DNA from: Macrostomum lignano
Taxonomy: Eukaryota
Reading direction: 5' to 3'
DNA length: 64,000 nt
Assembly (NCBI GenBank): GCA_002269645.1
Contig: NIVC01000104.1
Location: forward strand, 310,001 to 374,000
In this document: piece after piece, positions 1 through 21,566 of the stretch
How the letters are laid out: the number at the start of each line of letters is the position of its first letter
Numbering within the stretch: the first letter of the stretch is position 1
Program-made: the position numbers and the translations under genes
Notes under the pieces: model-generated
The model's input: the letters and a program-made list of their open reading frames with translations, nothing else
What the model was told of the DNA's origin: nothing
The model's database searches: none

Positions 1-775
1 GGAGGGAGGAGACAGGAGGGAGAAGAGAGGAGAGGAGGGAGGAGACAGGAGAGGGAGAGAAGAGAGGAGAGGGAGAAGAGAGGAGAGGGAGAAGAGAGGA
101 GAGGAGGGAGAAGAGAGGAGAGGGAGAAGAGAGGAGAGGGAGAAGAGAGGAGAGGGAGAAGAGAGGAGAGGGAGAAGAGAGGAGAGGGAGAAGAGAGGAG
201 AGGGAGAAGAGAGGAGAGGAGGGAGAAGAGAGGAGAGGAGGGAGAAGAGAGGAGAGGGAGAAGAGAGGAGAGGGAGAAGAGAGGAGAGGGAGAAGAGAGG
301 AGAGGGATAAGAGAGGAGAGGGAGAAGAGAGGAGAGGGAGAAGAGAGGAGAGGGAGAAGAGAGGAGAGGAGGGAGAAGAGAGGAGAGGGAGAAGAGAGGA
401 GAGGGAGAAGAGAGGAGAGGGAGAAGAGAGGAGAGGGAGAAGAGAGGAGAGGGAGAAGAGAGGAGAGGGATAAGAGAGGAGAGGGAGAAGAGAGGAGAGG
501 GAGAAGAGAGGAGAGGGAGAAGAGAGGAGAGGGAGAAGAGAGGAGAGGGAGAAGAGAGGAGAGGGAGAAGAGAGGAGAGGGAGAAGAGAGGAGAGGGAGA
601 AGAGAGGAGAGGGAGAAGAGAGGAGAGGGAGAAGAGAGGAGAGGGAGAAGAGAGGAGAGGGAGAAGAGAGGAGAGGGAGAAGAGAGGAGAGGGAGAAGAG
701 AGGAGAGGGAGAAGAGAGGAGAGGAGGGAGAAGAGAGGAGAGGAGGGAGAAGAGAGGAGAGGGAGAAGAGAGGAG
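1..775. repeat. Polypurine 16-bp minisatellite (AGGGAGAAGAGAGGAG)n
   Basis: Direct reading. Confidence 0.95.
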
Positions 776-877
776 CTGCATGACAGACACAGGAGCCGGT
801 GCAGACGTGCGAAAGATGCTAGCTGACGCTCAGAGCGCAAAACAGTCTCAAGGAGTCTCGGCGAAGATCGTTTCTTG

Positions 878-8081
<7,204 letters not shown>

Positions 8082-8687
8082 TTTGGCGTACAGCAATCAC
8101 GCAAGAGAATTCAGAGCACTTCGCGCATTCTTAAAGACTTGCCATGGAAAATAGAAAAATCGTCTTATGCGAGTAGGGGGGGGGGGTTGGATTTTGGCTT
8201 CGCACACTTTGGTTCCTGAGAAGGCAGATCCCGTATCGCCTACGAGTTATTGATCCCCCTGCCCTGGTCGGCCAATCCACCTCAGCAATACTTGTGTTTA
8301 GTCCCGTTTATTCCTCTCTTTCAATCCAACTAGAGGTGCCTTGTGAGCGCAAGTGCTGCTCACACTGTGTTCGTTTCTGTCTGTCCCTGAGCACACTGTA
8401 CATGGTAGCTCATAATACTGCTCTGTTTCTTGTCTATTTCTATGCAGACGAGTATACGCGATTAATCTTCTATTAATTCCTAATGCGTTTGTAAAGCAAA
8501 AATTATATTCGGTCAAATTACCAGCTAAATCTTGATTTTTTTATTGATTTATGATTTATTGAATATATGTTGAACTTGTAATTGTGAAATTTACCGATTG
8601 AATTTATCACGCCTTGATCCTTGATAGCCTACTATAAGTAAACACTTGCGTTTTATCAAAGTTTTCTGAAGCAAACTTTATTCGAAT

Positions 8688-10128
8688 GCTGAGTGGCGCT
8701 AAAATCCTCAGAGCTGAGTGGCGCTAAAATCCTCAGAGCTGAGTGGCGCTAAAATCCTCAGAGCTGAGTGGCGCTAAAATCCTCAGAGCTGAGTGGCGCT
8801 AAAATCCTCAAAGCTGAGTGGCGCTAAAATCCTCAGAGCTGAGTGGCGCTAAAATCCTCAGAGCTGAGTGGCGCTAAAATCCTCAGAGCTGAGTGGCGCT
8901 AAAATCCTCAGAGCTGAGTGGCGCTAAAATCCTCAAAGCTGAGTGGCGCTAAAATCCTCAAAGCTGAGTGTCGCTAAAATCCTCAGAGCTGAGTGGCGCT
9001 AAAATCCTCAGAGCTGAGTGGCGCTAAAATCCTCAAAGCTGAGTGGCGCTAAAATCCTCAGAGCTGACTGGCGCTAAAATCCTCAAAGCTGACTGGCGCT
9101 AAAATCCTCAAAGCTGAGTGGCGCTAAAATCCTCAGAGCTGAGTGGCGCTAAAATCCTCAGAGCTGAGTGGCGCTAAAATCCTCAAAGCTGAGTGGCGCT
9201 AAAATCCTCAGAGCTGACTGGCGCTAAAATCCTCAGAGCTGACTGGCGCTAAAATCCTCAAAGCTAAGTGGCACCCCTAAAATCCTCAAAGCTGAGTGGC
9301 GCTAAAATCCTCAGAGCTGAGTGGCGCTAAAATCCTCAGAGCTGACTGGCGCTAAAATCCTCAGAGCTGAGTGGCGCTAAAATCCTCAGAGCTGAGTGGC
9401 GCCAAAATCCTCAAAGCTGAGTGGCGCTAAAATCCTTAGAGCTGATTGGCACTAAAATCCTCAGAGCTGAGTGGGGCTAAAATCCTCAGAGCTGAGTGGC
9501 GCTAAAATCCTCAGAGCTGAGTGGCGCTAAAATCCTCAGAGCTGAGTGGCGTCAAAATACTCAGAGCTGAGTGGGGCTAAAATCCTCAGAGCTGATTGGC
9601 GCTAAAATCCTCAAAGCTGAGTGGCGCTAAAATCCTCAAAGCTGAGTGGCGCTAAAATCCTCAGGGCTGAGTGGCGCTAAAATCCTCAGAGCTGATTGGC
9701 GCTAAAATCCTCAGAGCTGAGTGGCGCTAAAATCCTCAGGGCTGAGTGGCGCTAAAATCCTCAGAGCTGAGTGGCGCTAAAATCCTCAGAGCTGAGTGGC
9801 GTCAAAATACTCAGAGCTGAGTGGGGCTAAAATCCTCAGAGCTGATTGGCGCTAAAATCCTCAGAGCTGAGTGGGGCTAAAATCCTCAGAGCTGAGTGGC
9901 GCTAAAATCCTCAGAGCTGAGTGGCGCTAAAATCCTCAGAGCTGAGTGGCGTCAAAATACTCAGAGCTGAGTGGGGCTAAAATCCTCAGAGCTGATTGGC
10001 GCTAAAATCCTCAAAGCTGAGTGGCGCTAAAATCCTCAAAGCTGAGTGGCGCTAAAATCCTCAGGGCTGAGTGGCGCTAAAATCCTCAAAGCTGAGTGGC
10101 GCTAAAGTCCTCAGAGCTGAGTAGGCTA
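8688..10128. repeat. 25-bp minisatellite (GCTGAGTGGCGCTAAAATCCTCAGA)n, ~58 copies
   Basis: Direct reading. Confidence 0.95.
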
Positions 10129-10789
10129 AGAAACGTGCTTTTTCTATTCCCAAATGAACCGGCCCTCAATAAAACACCCAAATCCAGCTAAACTGCATTG
10201 AACTGGTAAGGCGTCTACATAATCCGCGAGTGCATACACGGCCGTGCAGTATTTGCTTAGCCAATGCAAATTCTGTACAGAAATCAACACGCGCTGACTA
10301 TAAGTTCTGACTGATTCACTTAGCAAATGCAGTAAGTTAGTCAATGCTATTAATCGCATAGGAAACATGAGCTTATAGCCTCAGATTGAGCTGTATATTG
10401 CATCGGTACTATTGATGCGGCAGTGCATGGTTAATTAGCTCTCGGATTTGGTGCTAAAATGTCATTTTCTCTCTATCCTCTCTCCTCCATCCTCAATGTC
10501 TCTATGCTCAGTCTGTTAGTCAATTAGTGATTCGCCAAGGGAGATGGAGAGAGAGAGACTGGCTGATTGAGAAAGAGAAAGCAGTCGTAAAAACGAGCTA
10601 GAAGTAAACTGGATCTTGAATTGATCGCGTACGTACAGTGCGACTGTACTTTTATTAACTGAGTGGCTGGGATGCGGTAAATTCAATAGGAGGCTGAGGA
10701 TGGGGAATGGGAAAAGGGCGTCATCGAATCCGCAGTTGCGTTGCTTTGTGATTTACTGAGGGACTGGTTCACTCCATTTTTCACTCGGG

Positions 10790-11415
10790 TACACTCTCCG
10801 TCACTCTATCACTATATCTTTCACTCTGGCACACTCTCGGTCACTCTATCACTATATCTTTCACTCTGGCACACTCTTCATCACTCTATCACGATATCTT
10901 TCACTTTGGCACACTCTCCATCACTCTATCACTATATCTTTCACTCTGGCACACTCTCCATCACTCCATCACTATATCTTTCACTCTGGCACACTCTCCA
11001 TCACTCTATCACTATATCTTTCACTCTGGCACACTCTCCATCACTCTATCACTATATCTTTCACACTGGCACACTCTCCATCACTCTATCACTATATCTT
11101 TCACTCTGGCACACTCTCCGTCACTCTATCACTATATCTTTCACTCTGGCACACTCTTCATCACTCTATCACTATATCTTTCACACTGGCACGCTCTCCG
11201 TCACTCTATCACTATATCTTTCACTCTGGCACACTCTTCATCACTCTATCACTATATCTTTCACTCTGGCACACTCTTCATCACTCTATCACTATATCTT
11301 TCACACTGGCACGCTCTCCGTCACTCTATCACTATATCTTTCACACTGGCACGCTCTCCGTCACTCTATCACTATATCTTTCACACTGGCACACTCTTCA
11401 TCACTCTATCACTCC
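10790..11415. repeat. 40-bp minisatellite (TCACTCTATCACTATATCTTTCACTCTGGCACACTCTCCA)n
   Basis: Direct reading. Confidence 0.93.
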
Positions 11416-11889
11416 ATATTTTACTTTAACCCTTCCTCTTTCATTCTACATTTTCTTCACTCTGTCACACTCCCTCCTTCAGTATTTCACTCCTTCCTTC
11501 ACTCTAGCACTCCTCCTTGTAGTCAAAGTGCTTTGAAAATTTCATCAGTTGAGACATTTAGAAGTACGAGCTATGATTATTAAAAATAAAATCACTAGCA
11601 GGAGCTGGAAAATCCGCAAACGAGGACGTTTTTTTACTCTGAGAAGTCGCCGTCCTGGATGTCGAAAATCTGGTCCAGACGCATCACGCTGTGCAATGTT
11701 TGCGTGATTTCTTTGGCGTGTGAATTTCCTTCTAGAGCAGAATTTTTTAACACAGCGATACTCTGCTTGGTTGATCAAACTGGTCTGTCACGCAAGCTTG
11801 CGTGAGAAGAGTTCTGATCACGTGAATTTTTTATTTATCACACTACACGAATCCCAGCCTCCTTTGTTTCACGGTTCCCATTCTCCCCA

Positions 11890-12990
11890 GCACATGATCC
11901 TCAATCTTCACCGCACATGATCCTCCATCTTCACTGCACATGATCCTCAATCTTCACTGCACATGATCCTCAATATTCACTGCACATGATCTTCAATCTT
12001 CACTGCACATGATCCTCAATCTTCACTGCACATGATCCTCAATCTTCACTGCACATGATCCTCAATCTTCACCGCACATGATCCTCAATCTTCACCGCAC
12101 ATGATCCTCATGATCTTCAATCTTCACTGCACATGATCTTCAATCTTCACTGCACATGATCCTCAATCTTCACTGCACATGATCCTCAATCTTCACTGCA
12201 CATGATCCTCAATCTTCCCTGCACATGATCCTCAGTCTTCACTGCACTTGATCCTCAAACTTCACTGCACATGATCCTCAATCTTCCCTGCACATGATCC
12301 TCAATCTTCACTGCACATGATCCTCAATCTTCACTGCACATGATCCTCAATCTTCCCTGCACATGATCCTCAATCTTCACCGCACATGATCCTCAGTCTT
12401 CACTGCACCTGATCCTCAATCTTCACTGCACATGATCCTCAATCTTCCCTGCACATGATCCTCAATCTTCACTGCACATGATCCTCAATCTTCACTGCAC
12501 ATGATCTTCAATCTTCACTGCACATGATCCTCAATCTTCACTGCACATGATCCTCAATCTTCCCTGCACATGATCCTCAGTCTTCACTGCACTTGATCCT
12601 CAAACTTCACTGCACATGATCCTCAATCTTCCCTGCACATGATCCTCAATCTTCACTGCACATGATCCTCAATCTTCCCTGCACATGATCCTCAATCTTC
12701 ACTGCACATGATCCTCAATCTTCACTGCACATGATCCTCAATCTTCCCTGCACATGATCCTCAATCTTCACTGCACATGATCCTCAATCTTCACTGCACA
12801 TGATCTTCAATCTTCACTGCACATGATCCTTAATCTTCACTGCACATGATCCTCAATCTTCCCTGCACATGATCCTCAGTCTTCACTGCACTTGATCCTC
12901 AAACTTCACTGCACATGATCCTCAATCTTCCCTGCACATGATCCTCAATCTGCACTGCACATTATCTTCAATCTTCACTCCACATTATCC
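11890..12990. repeat. 23-bp minisatellite (CATGATCCTCAATCTTCACTGCA)n
   Basis: Direct reading. Confidence 0.95.
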
Positions 12991-13047
12991 TAAATATTTA
13001 TCTTCCCTGTACGTACGATAACCTCTCTTTCACATTCCGACAAATCC

Positions 13048-14553
13048 CACCCTGACCCAATCACACACTGACTCAATCTCACTCTGACTCAATCTCACCC
13101 TGACTCAATCTCACCCCGACTCAATCTCACCCCGACTCAATCTCACCCTGACTCAATCTCGCCCTGACTCAATCTCACCCTGACTCAATCTCACCCTGAC
13201 TCAATCTCACCCTGACTCAATATCGCCCTGACTCAATCTCACCCTGACTCAATCTCACCCCGACTCAATCTCACCCCGACTCAATCTCACCCTGACTCAA
13301 TCTCACCCTGACTCAATCTCACCCTGAATCAATCTCACCCTGACTCAATCTCACCCTGACTCAATCTCGCCCTGACTCAATCTCACCCTGACTCAATCTC
13401 ACCCTGACTCAATCTCACCCTGAATCAATCTCACCCTGACTCAATCTCACCCTGACTCAATCTCACCCCGACTCAATCTCACCCTGACTCAATCTCGCCC
13501 TGACTCAATCTCACCCTGACTCAATCTCACCCTGACTCAATCTCACCCTGACTCAATCTCACCCTGAATCAATCTCACCCTGACTCAATCTCACCCTGAC
13601 TCAATCTCACCCTGACTCAATCTCACCCCGACTCAATATCACCCTGAATCAATCTCACCCTGACTCAATCTCACCCTGACTCAATCTCACCCTGACTTAA
13701 TCTTACCCTGACTCAATCTCACCCTGACTCAATCTCACCCCGACTCAATCTCACCCTGACTCAATCTCACCCCGACTCAATCTCACCCCGACTCAATCTC
13801 ACCCTGACTCAATCTCGCCCTGACTCAATCTCACCCTGACTCAATCTCACCCTGACTCAATCTCACCCTGACTCAATCTCACCCTGACTCAATCTCACCC
13901 TGACTCAATCTCACCCTGACTCAATCTCACCCTGACTCAATCTCACCCTGACTCAATCTCGCCCTGACTCAATCTCACCCTGACTCAATCTCACCCCGAC
14001 TCAATCTCACCCCGACTCAATCTCACCCTGACTCAATCTCGCCCTGACTCAATCTCACCCTGACTCAATATCGCCCTGACTCAATCTCACCCTGAATCAA
14101 TCTCACCCCGACTCAATCTCACCCTGAATCAATCTCACCCTGACTCAATCTCACCCTGACTCAATCTCACCCTGACTCAATCTCACCCTGACTCAATCTC
14201 ACCCTGACTCAATCTCACCCTGAATCAATCTCACCCTGACTCAATCTCACCCTGACTCAATCTCACCCTGACTCAATCTCACCCTGACTCAATCTCACCC
14301 TGACTCAATCTCGCCCTGACTCAATCTCACCCTGACTCAATCTCACCCTGACTCAATCTCACCCTGAATCAATCTCACCCTGACTCAATCTCACCCTGAC
14401 TCAATCTCACCCTGACTCAATCTCACCCCGACTCAATATCACCCTGAATCAATCTCACCCTGACTCAATCTCACCCTGACTCAATCTCACCCTGACTTAA
14501 TCTTACCCTGACTCAATCTCACCCTGACTCAATCTCACCCCGACTCAATCTCA
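13048..14553. repeat. 16-bp minisatellite (TGACTCAATCTCACCC)n, ~90 copies
   Basis: Direct reading. Confidence 0.96.
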
Positions 14554-15063
14554 CAAAGTTGTCTCGTTCCTCATACTACCATAACAAAAAGATGCTGTCA
14601 ATCCACTGTTTCAGTTCATCTATGCTTCTTTAGAAATTCATATCACCTCAGTCAGCCCCGGGCCCGAGTTTAAGCAGCAGATGTGGCATGATTATTTTCA
14701 CAGTGAAGCAGCCAGAACTGCATACTAATTACAGTCTTTATGAATGTGGCCTTCCATGCAGTCTATTGCATAGCCGCCCCCCGCAGGGAATCGCGGCACT
14801 TACGATAAAAAAATCTACTACGCCATTATTTTTCGACAATAAAAGCACTCGTAGAGAAAACAAGCAGCTGAGGCGACTCGCTAACGATATGCACTTTTAT
14901 GCGGGTAGCCGCTGGGCAATTTAGAGAATGCAGCGATTCAGTCTGGAACACGGCCGGAGAAAAAATGCATCTGCTAAGTGGAGCGCTGTATTTTTTAACA
15001 AAATATTTTGCTCAACCACTCGGTGGAGTAAGTATGGAGTGGCATGCAGTATTTTTAGACAAT

Positions 15064-16192
<1,129 letters not shown>

Positions 16193-16822
16193 GCGGTATT
16201 ATGCGGAATTAGCTCGTAAAATTGAAAGAACTCAACACCCTTAGGCAGCAAGCAGGCAGCGGTGAGCAACAGATGAACTGGAATTCTATTTCAACTGTGA
16301 GCGCGAATCCGGTGGCGCTTGAGAACACGTGCTATAGGAGGCAGGCAACAGCCAATCCCAGACGGATTCTCACGGGCAGACTGGAGCGTTCACTCTGCTT
16401 GAAGTGGATGACAGGGAGAGGCTGCTTAAATCGCATGCTGCACAACGCTTAAGAGAGAGAGAGAGGATGTTTTCACACTCATCCGCGCATTAAAAATAAA
16501 TTTTTGCTTACAAAATACTACGTGGGAGTTTTTCCGACTGCATTTTCTTCTCTTTATTTCGAGAGGAAGTGTGTAGATTGAATAAGATTGATGCTGGCCG
16601 TGATTGAGATCGACAGCTTTGCTACCTGATGCAGGCATGCATGCGGTACACGCGTAACCGAACTTGTAAATATCACCTGTGGAGTTAAACAACACGAGCT
16701 TAACCAATTGAGTCATCTTGTAACAATTGCAAAACGTAGAATAAGTTTATCGTAAGATATCGTAAGATATAAGATATTATTGAGCCCAGGATAAATTAGA
16801 GTCAGCTATCCACTACTGGGCC

Positions 16823-17477
16823 TTGAGCGAGTCACCGCTACCCTTCCACCTGTCTATCAGTGAGTCACCGCTACCCTTCCACCTGTCTATCAGTGAGTCA
16901 CCGCTACCCTCCCACCTGTCTATCAGTGAGTCACCGCTACCCTCCCACCTGTCTATCAGTGAGTCACCGCTACCCTCCTACCTGTCTCTCAGTGAGTCAC
17001 CGCTACCCTCCTACCTGTCTCTCAGTTAGTCACCGCTACCTCTCACCTGTCTATCAGTGAGTCACCGCTACCCTCCCATCTGTCTATCAGTGAGTCACCG
17101 CTACCCTCCCATCTGTCTCTCAGTGAGTCACCGCTACCCTCCCACCTGTCTCTCAGTGAGTCACCGCTACCCTCCCATCTGTCTCTCAGTGAGTCACCGC
17201 TACCCTCCCACCTGTCTCTCAGTGAGTCACCGCTACCCTCCCACCTGTCTCTCAGTGAGTCACCGCTACCCTCCCACCTGTCTCTCAGTGAGTCACCGCT
17301 ACCCTCCCACCTGTCTATCAGTGAGTCACCGCTACCCTCCCACCTGTCTCTCAGTGAGTCACCGCTACCCTCCCACCTGTCTCTCAGTGAGTCACCGCTA
17401 CCCTCCCACCTGTCTCTCAGTGAATCACCGCTACCCTCCCACCTGTCTTTCAGTGAGTCACCGCTACCCTCCCACCT
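16823..17477. repeat. 33-bp minisatellite (TGAGTCACCGCTACCCTCCCACCTGTCTCTCAG)n, ~20 copies
   Basis: Direct reading. Confidence 0.95.
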
Positions 17478-18302
17478 AACTTTCACTGTCTCTCATATAA
17501 CCTAATGATCAAACAACTGACTACAGAACCATAAAAAAGTTCCTCAAAAAGCTAAAAAAAGATTATGAAAGCATAAAATCATTGAGTTGACTCCGTGTCA
17601 ACACACACCTAGCTATATTTCCAGCGATACAGCCTTAGTCAAACCAGAACTAGAAAAAGTACACAACAGACACCTGCTTCTTGTTTGCCACGCGTTGAAA
17701 AGGATCGCTCGCTCACTTGTCTCACGCCAGGAACAATGCCGAATTGACAGCAGGTGAAACTTTCTTGTCTTGTCAGTCAATGCAAAGTTTTAGATGCTAT
17801 TGGGGTTGAAAATAGAGGAAGTGCTCAGTGCATACATTGTTCGGTAGGGAGATGTAGAAATAAATCAATACTGTACAGCTGTGCCAGTCTAGATAAACTA
17901 AAACTGAATTTTTGAAACAAAAAACGGAAATATACTTATAGTACGCGTATTATCCTACTGAAGCTAAAAGAAACTAGTAGAAAAAATAGTAAATTGTTAG
18001 AATTTTCCTATTGTTTGCTGGTTAAAGAGAATTATTCCACCGAGAACAAACAGGGGAGGTCGCGCGAGTTCTAACGAATTTCTGAGAGCCAGTTGAGAGA
18101 TTCGGTAATTAATTATAATCCAAGATGCGAGAGAAAAAGAAGTAGCTGGGTTCGAAAAATGCTGCTCAAACTCTTAGATCCAGAGGAAGTAAAATAGAGA
18201 GAGAGAGAAAATTTTCTTTTCGTCTCTGCTCGAACAAAACTTAGCCAGCCGCGCCTGGTAACCAATGGCAACCAGAATAGTTGCAGATGTAAGTGGCTTA
18301 GC

Positions 18303-18304
<2 letters not shown>

Positions 18305-18389
<85 letters not shown>

Positions 18390-18390
18390 C
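18305..18390. repeat. (GA)n microsatellite
   Basis: Upstream of HSBP1. Confidence 0.97.
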
Positions 18391-18599
18391 AAACGGGACC
18401 ATATACAGCATTGAGAAAAGGCTGCACGTCAGACACAGAGAGGGTCGGTCACCCACCCCATCAAGCGTCCTTTCTTACCCAAGCCAAAAGCTTTGCTTTT
18501 AAGCTGCTCAACAGCAGCAGCAGCCAAGCGCATCTGCTATTCTCAAAACGAAAAGAGTATTTCGGAGAGGACTCGTTCAACATACACCGCATCGTCATC

Positions 18600-19410
18600 A
18601 TGTCTTCAGACTACGCCAAGGACAAATCATTCGGCATCGCTGATCCTGGCAGCGTCAATGAGCTCACAAATCATGTGAGTTGGTGCACTGGATCTCCAGA
18701 CATTCTAGCACGAATTTCTGATTAATTAGTTCAACCCACCCCAGGCCGATTGTCTAATTTTCACGACTGAGACCTTGGCCCACATTCGTTTAATTAATTA
18801 ACCAACTGTACAAGCATGCGTTCTACTTTTCAGTAGGGCAGTAATAGAGACCAAAATCGGCTTTATTAAAGTCATGGAAAGATTTAATGGGGGCACTATA
18901 TATAGCGGCGAACATCAAAGGGGAATAGGGACGACTCTCGGCATGACCCCCGGCTTGCATAGTTCGATTCAGTGATCGCAGCCAACATAATTAATTTATG
19001 GCCAAGGGGCTGTCGGGTGCGATTCACACCCATGAGGGCCAATTAACCTCCAATGCACAAGAGAATGTCGATTAGAAAGCCAAGGCCGCTTCACACCTAT
19101 GTGCTCAGGAGGCAGTGGAATGGGCAAACTGCCTTAAGGTTTATTAACAAGCGGACGACTACATTGATAGCGGCGAACATCAAAGGGAGCCAGATGCTAT
19201 AAAAATAAAGCGCCAACTGTGTACCGCCAACCCCCCTCCCCTTATAAAAAACAGCTCCAGTCGCTGCTGCAGGGCCTATCCGACAATTTCAACCACACCA
19301 GCGACAAGATCACCGGTCGCATCGACGAGATGGGTCGCCGCATCGACGAACTGGAGCGCAATGTGGCGGACCTCATGACCCAGGCCGGAGTGGAGAACTT
19401 CCGTTCATAG
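18600..19410 (+). CDS. HSBP1: Heat shock factor-binding protein 1, 76 aa, 2 exons
   Basis: Exons 18600-18674 (donor GTGAGT) and 19255-19410; ...LQSLLQGLSDNFNHTSDKITGRIDEMGRRIDELERNVADLMTQAGVE matches the HSBP1 coiled-coil signature. Confidence 0.93.
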
Positions 19411-19899
19411 ACACACTGCTAATGACATCTTCATAACCAACAGGCTTCCATGTCGTAGTCTCAATTATTATTTTTATACATGAAAATTGGGCGTCGCACT
19501 GTTTAATTTTACAAATCAACGAAGTAATTTTTGTAAGGAATTTTGATTTGTAACAAGCTACTACAGGTCATAAAGCTATACTAATTAAATATTTATCATT
19601 AAAATATATAATTACCACCAATAGTTGCTATATTAATCGGTTTTTAAACGCAGCTGTTGTTGCTCTACTATTAGTAGACTTCTGATTCCAAAATCCAACT
19701 CAAAACCAACCAACTCCAACTTTGTATTATGCGTACTTTACATACTAATTAAGACTGAGTATACACGCGAAAAATAATCATTTACATTTACACTGTATGG
19801 TGCATCACAACCATAATGACGCAAAAACCTAAGCAAGCATCCTGGCGCCAAAACATGGGCATTGCGGCGCCAGTTCATAACATAACCATTGTGACACCA

Positions 19900-20446
19900 A
19901 GTCATAACCATCGTGGCGCCAAATCATAGCAATCGTGGCGCTGTTAATCGCGGCGCCAAATGTCCATCGTGGCGCCAAAGCATAGCAATCGTGGCGCTGT
20001 TAATCGCCGCGCCAAATCATAGCAATCGTGGCGCTGTTAATCGCCGCGCCAAATGTCCATCGTGGCGCCAAAGCATAGCAATCGTGGCGCTGTTAATCGC
20101 CGCGCCAAATCATAGCAATCGTGGCGCTGTTAATCGCGGCGCCAAATGTCTTTCGTGGCGCCAAATCATAGCAATCGTGGCGCTGTTAATCGCGGCGCCA
20201 AATGTCCATCGTGGCGCCAAATCATAGCAATCGTGGCGCTGTTAATCGCCGCGCCAAATGTCCATCGTAGCGCCAAATCATAGCAATCGTGGCGCTGTTA
20301 ATCGCCGCGCCAAATGTCCATCGTGGCGCCAAATCATAGCAATCGTGGCGCTGTTAATCGCCGCGCCAAAAGTCCATCGTGGCGCCAAATCATAGCAATC
20401 GTGGCGCTGTTAATCGCCGCGCCAAATGTCCATTCTGGCGCCAAAA
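19900..20446. repeat. Composite GCGCC-rich tandem repeat with shuffled subunits
   Basis: Subunits GTGGCGCCAAATCATAGCAATC, GTGGCGCTGTTAATC and GC(G/C)GCGCCAAATGTCCATC in variable order. Confidence 0.9.
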
Positions 20447-21566
20447 TAAATACTAAAAGATCAAAATAATAAAGACATGCAAACAGTATCAAGCTGTTTT
20501 AACGCTTTGATCACTTGAGAATTTTTAATTACTCATAGCATAGCGATTCCAATTTAAACATTGCAGAATGGGAACAGCGATGGATGGAGGTCCAAAGATG
20601 AACAAACAGTATATTAAAATTCAAATATATACGCTCAATAAATTATTCAGCGCATTAAAACAAAGGCTACACAACACTTAAACCTACTACAGTTCAAAAA
20701 AGGAATTCAAATATAGCCTCGGAATAAAGAAAATTTTCATGGATCACAAATGTCAATTATAAACCCAACAAATTATACGATTTTAATGAATCAAAATTCT
20801 CAGCACAATAAAGGAAAATACTTAATTCACCACCTAATTAAGACAGTAATATTTCACTTATAACACACGAGAAACGATATATAGTGACAGAAATATTATT
20901 GCTATGCTACTGATTCCTGACAAGCAGTAGTGCTGTAATAATTTACAGGAAAAATAGAAAATTTTTGGGAAAATTATCTAAATATTTTATGACGATCAAA
21001 ATTAAGTATATAAATCTGGGGTCGACGGAGCCCACGGGTCCTTTGAAACTTACAGTAGCAATCCGGGCCCACTCAAGTTTTGTGTCTCTTCTTTTCTCTC
21101 CTTTCCTCTCTTCTCTCCCTTTCTCTATTCTCTGCCAGCAGCCATGAGCTATATTCTGTATCTGGTCTTTGAGGTAAAAAACTTTGCCAACCGCTGATCT
21201 AGATTGACACGGGAGACCCAAGCCCACCTGATCTTTATCTGTGCCACAGATATTATAAATTTATATGCTTAGAAACAATAAACCGACACAAATTGTGAAA
21301 AAACAGACCAACATAGATTTTCAATATATACTACTATTACTACTACTACGTCAGAAACTAAAGTAGTCATAGCGGTATATATGTCAATAGCAATGTGAAT
21401 AGCAGAATTAATCACTTAACTAAACTAATGCTGATATAATAATAGTAACATTTTTTATAATTATTATGCCTTGCGTGACAACGAAAAACAGTACAGTAGA
21501 GACAATAGTAAGACAGTGCGAGTTGCGAGTCAATCTGGGTCCCTCCATCTCCCCCAGCATCCCAGC

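Noticed and set aside
17900-18300. Heat-shock elements upstream of HSBP1
   Set aside because: Only isolated nGAAnnTTCn pairs; no array of three or more alternating units.
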